Source: Promethearchaeati archaeon (lineage in GTDB: Archaea > Asgardarchaeota > Heimdallarchaeia > Heimdallarchaeales > Heimdallarchaeaceae). From it: 27,993 nucleotides of DNA. The DNA lies in assembly GCA_013166775.1 (NCBI GenBank), contig JABLTJ010000038.1, positions 1 through 27,993 on the forward strand, written 5' to 3'. A program made the translations under genes and the position numbers. Shown piece by piece: positions 25,427 through 27,993 of the stretch. The notes beneath the pieces are model-generated. The model saw only the letters and a program-made list of their open reading frames with translations. It made no database searches and was not told where the DNA came from. The number at the start of each line of letters is the position of its first letter. Position 1 is the first letter of the stretch.

Positions 25427-25822
25427 TTATTTTATTCTTGGTTCACCAATAATCTGTAATGAATTTCCTTCAGAATCTTTCATTTGAAAATATGAAACCA
25501 TTTTAGGAACATCAACGATATCAGTTGTCTCAATATCCTTTTCTTCTAAATATTTCTTAGTATCTTCAAGATCAGGAACATCGAAAGTGAGAACACCAGA
25601 GTTAGGTAAGTATTCATGATTTTGCTCGACAGGATTCAACCCAAGTCTAGCAATACGTCCAGGTAAATAAAATTCACACCACCCACCATCAGGACCATTA
25701 TACCAAGAAATCTCAAAATTGAAAATTTCTTCATAGAACTTCTTAGCTCTTTCTAGATTTGTTACTTTGAGCTGAAAGTATATGTTTCTTATTGAGATTG
25801 GATACTCTCTATAATCAATCAT
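25427..25822 (-). CDS. VOC (glyoxalase/bleomycin resistance) family protein, paralog 1
   Basis: V.NLERAKKFYEEIF, F.V.DL, F.MKDSEGN. Start ATG 25822 by alignment with the paralog at 26361-26759. Confidence 0.92.
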   Translation of the reverse strand: MIDYREYPISIRNIYFQLKVTNLERAKKFYEEIFNFEISWYNGPDGGWCEFYLPGRIARLGLNPVEQNHEYLPNSGVLTFDVPDLEDTKKYLEEKDIETTDIVDVPKMVSYFQMKDSEGNSLQIIGEPRIK

Positions 25823-25906
25823 GAATTTATATTTGTGCTTCTTTTGAAAAATACTGTTGTCAGACAAAAGAAAAAGACATATTAGTGCATAATATCCAAG
25901 AAACTT

Positions 25907-26350
25907 ATGAAACTTGAAGATATTACTGATTACTTCAAACAACAGCCACTAATGTATCTAGCAACATCTGAGGGCAATCAACCAAGAGTCAGACCGATGG
26001 CTCTTATTTATCACAAAGATACTTGTTGGTGCTGTTCTATTTCTGGGAGACCAAAAATCAACCAAATACTTGAAAACAATAAAATTGAGTTTGCTATTAA
26101 TGCTCACGATAAAGAGGAATTTAGCACAGTAAGAGGAACAGGAATTGCTACTTTAGTTGAAGATAAAGAAACAAAGAAGGATGTATCTGAAGCGATCAAT
26201 TGGTTTAGTGGTTATTGGAAATCATACGATGATCCAGAGTTTACTCTTTTTCGATTAGACCTAGATAGAATAGAGGTCCAAATACCAGTTATTCGAGAAT
26301 TTCACATATTTGATCTAAAAGAAGGCACAGTAAAAATAGAGAAAAAATAG
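25907..26350 (+). CDS. Pyridoxamine 5'-phosphate oxidase-like (FMN/F420 split-barrel) protein
   Basis: YLATSEGNQPRVRPM, K..QI.EN..IE, VRGTG.A, W...DDP.F. Confidence 0.9.
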   Translation: MKLEDITDYFKQQPLMYLATSEGNQPRVRPMALIYHKDTCWCCSISGRPKINQILENNKIEFAINAHDKEEFSTVRGTGIATLVEDKETKKDVSEAINWFSGYWKSYDDPEFTLFRLDLDRIEVQIPVIREFHIFDLKEGTVKIEKK

Positions 26351-26360
26351 AAGAAGGATT

Positions 26361-26759
26361 TTATTCAGTAACTCTGGGATCTGCAACAATCTGAATTGTA
26401 TTTCCTTCTGAGTCTTTCATGTTAAAATATGAAACCATATTTGGGACATCAGTTATTTCAGTAACCTCGATTTTCTTGCCTTCCAAGTAATTTTTAGTAG
26501 CTTCTAAATCCTCAACATCAAAAGTAAGTGTCCCCCAGAAAGGTTTGTATTCTTCATCTTTTCCATAGGAGTTTAAACCTAATCTTGGTGAATCACCCGG
26601 TAAGTTTAATTCACACCATCCTACTTCTGGAGACATGTACCAAGAGATATCAAAATTGAAAATTTCTTCGTAGAATTTCTTTGCTCTTTCAATATCCTTC
26701 ACTTTTATTTGAAAATACATTCTTTTGAATTTTATAGGATACTCTCGCTTTTCGGTCAT
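26361..26759 (-). CDS. VOC family protein, paralog 2
   Basis: VKDIERAKKFYEEIF, FDVEDL, KDSEGN. Confidence 0.93.
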   Translation of the reverse strand: MTEKREYPIKFKRMYFQIKVKDIERAKKFYEEIFNFDISWYMSPEVGWCELNLPGDSPRLGLNSYGKDEEYKPFWGTLTFDVEDLEATKNYLEGKKIEVTEITDVPNMVSYFNMKDSEGNTIQIVADPRVTE

Positions 26760-26797
26760 GATCCGATTAGAATCTTTTCAATATATAAGGATGAATT

Positions 26798-27715
26798 TTA
26801 CTCAATCCATTCGACTTTCAATGGTCTTCGAGGAGGTCCAGCTAGAAATTCTAAATCAGTATAACCTAATACAAATACACCAAACACACCATGTTTGGGA
26901 GGAATTCCCCATTTCTTTCTTGCTTGTTTAGTCCTTGAAAAATATTCTTGAGCAAAACCTATCCAACATGTTCCCAAACCTAAAGAAAGGGCTGCAAACA
27001 TTCCATGATTTATTGCTAATCCCGCATCCGAAGGGGACATTTTTGAATAAATTGGAGAGTGAACAATAATCACACAAGGAGCATTAAATAACATCAAATC
27101 ATCTCCTTTTTGAGTTCTTTCAAAATAATTATCCAAAGCAAATTTGGTACTTTTGCTTAAAATCCTCTTTTTTAAAACACCTCTGATGAATGGTGCAATT
27201 AAATATTTAAACTTCAAATACCGTCTTGCTCTAATCAGTAAAGTTCCTATATCTTTGGAGAGTTCGGAAATTTTTTTCTTGTTTGTTATGACAATATATT
27301 CTCGTTTTTGACGATTGCTTGCACTAGGAGAATATCTCATTGCCTCTAGTATTGATTCGATTTTTTCTTTTTCAACAGCTTTGTCAAGATAAACTCTTGT
27401 TGATTTTCTGCTTCTGATAAGTTTCATTAAATCCTCATGGGAGATAATACTCGCAGGATTCTTAGCTTCTTCAAAGAAATAGGGAGGTTCCGCGTTCTCA
27501 TAATTAATAGCATCAGTTGGGCATATGGACAGACAATGACCGCATCTGAAACATCTGCTAAAAGGATCAGTGAACTCTATGTGCTTTTCCATATTTTCTT
27601 TTCTGATAGTTTGAAAAAGTTGAACTGAACAAGCACTTATGCACTTTTCGCATTTAATGCATTTTTCTCTATTAACGCCTAATATTTCTAATCTAGTCAT
27701 CTGTTTTAGAAACAA
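26798..27715 (-). CDS. Nitroreductase with N-terminal 2x[4Fe-4S] ferredoxin domain
   Basis: CIKCEKCISAC and CFRCGHCLSICP; RKSTRVY, SPSASNRQ, LGLGTCWIG. AGGAG lies 5 nt before TTG 27715. Confidence 0.93.
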   Translation of the reverse strand: MFLKQMTRLEILGVNREKCIKCEKCISACSVQLFQTIRKENMEKHIEFTDPFSRCFRCGHCLSICPTDAINYENAEPPYFFEEAKNPASIISHEDLMKLIRSRKSTRVYLDKAVEKEKIESILEAMRYSPSASNRQKREYIVITNKKKISELSKDIGTLLIRARRYLKFKYLIAPFIRGVLKKRILSKSTKFALDNYFERTQKGDDLMLFNAPCVIIVHSPIYSKMSPSDAGLAINHGMFAALSLGLGTCWIGFAQEYFSRTKQARKKWGIPPKHGVFGVFVLGYTDLEFLAGPPRRPLKVEWIE

Positions 27716-27870
27716 TATTACTCCTATATAATCTTTAACGATGGTTAGAAATCAGCAAAATTTCAATTAAGGGAGATGTTGTTTTCCGCTTTTATTATAG
27801 AATTTCTACTTTCCTAAAACTTTATGAGTTAATCAACTTAAAAGATTTTATCATTTAGATGGGAAAAAAT

Positions 27871-27993
27871 ATGAAAGAGAAATACGATGAACTTCTAAGA
27901 AGATTTAGAGAGATCAGTGTCATTAGTCAAATTTCAATGCTTACTGGCTGGGATACAGAAGTAATGATGCCAAAAGGGGGAATAGAACAAAGA
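27871..27993 (+). CDS. Carboxypeptidase M32 (Taq-type), N-terminal part (truncated by window edge; not in ORF track)
   Basis: MKEKYDELLRRFREISVISQISMLTGWDTEVMMPKGGIEQR; L.WD.E..MP.GG...R is the characteristic M32 N-terminal motif. Alternative in-frame ATG at 27859. Confidence 0.8.
   Translation, partial: MKEKYDELLRRFREISVISQISMLTGWDTEVMMPKGGIEQR

Noticed and set aside
25823-25942. 40-aa N-terminal extension of VOC paralog 1
   Set aside because: Overlaps the divergent PNPOx-like gene; the paralog alignment places the start at 25822.
26798-27715. Ferredoxin-nitroreductase fusion as a novelty or as the AOR electron partner
   Set aside because: This architecture is common in anaerobes, and the gene lies more than 23 kb from the AOR with nothing in the sequence linking them.

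Overview
AT-rich, gene-dense chromosomal window with no rRNA, tRNA, CRISPR array or transposase/integrase that I can recognise. It is most likely archaeal (archaeal-type NadM, tungsten AOR, GGTGA-type ribosome-binding sites, T-rich terminators); an Asgard/Heimdallarchaeia-like origin is my inference from style, not proven. Gene content points to an anaerobic heterotroph scavenging peptides, lipids and alcohols: S8, M17 and M32 peptidases, a Zn-phospholipase C/S1-P1-like surface protein, phosphatases, an LLM oxidoreductase, nitroreductases and VOC proteins. Main observations: (1) one uninterrupted ORF (214-3204) fuses a complete iron-containing alcohol dehydrogenase to a complete W/Mo aldehyde:ferredoxin oxidoreductase, directly downstream of an SCP2 lipid-carrier gene. 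This is a candidate CoA-independent alcohol/carboxylate bifunctional enzyme, analogous to AdhE. (2) The apparent intergenic gap at 18197-18559 is a chimeric recombination scar: a diverged pepA 3' remnant (- strand) is joined through an 11-bp microhomology to a diverged nadM 3' remnant (+ strand), leaving two alternative nadM-X-pepA cassettes in tandem. (3) Two membrane-tethered winged-helix regulators each sit beside a membrane-anchored surface-protein gene whose upstream region carries phased or palindromic TACA/TGTA operator-like repeats.
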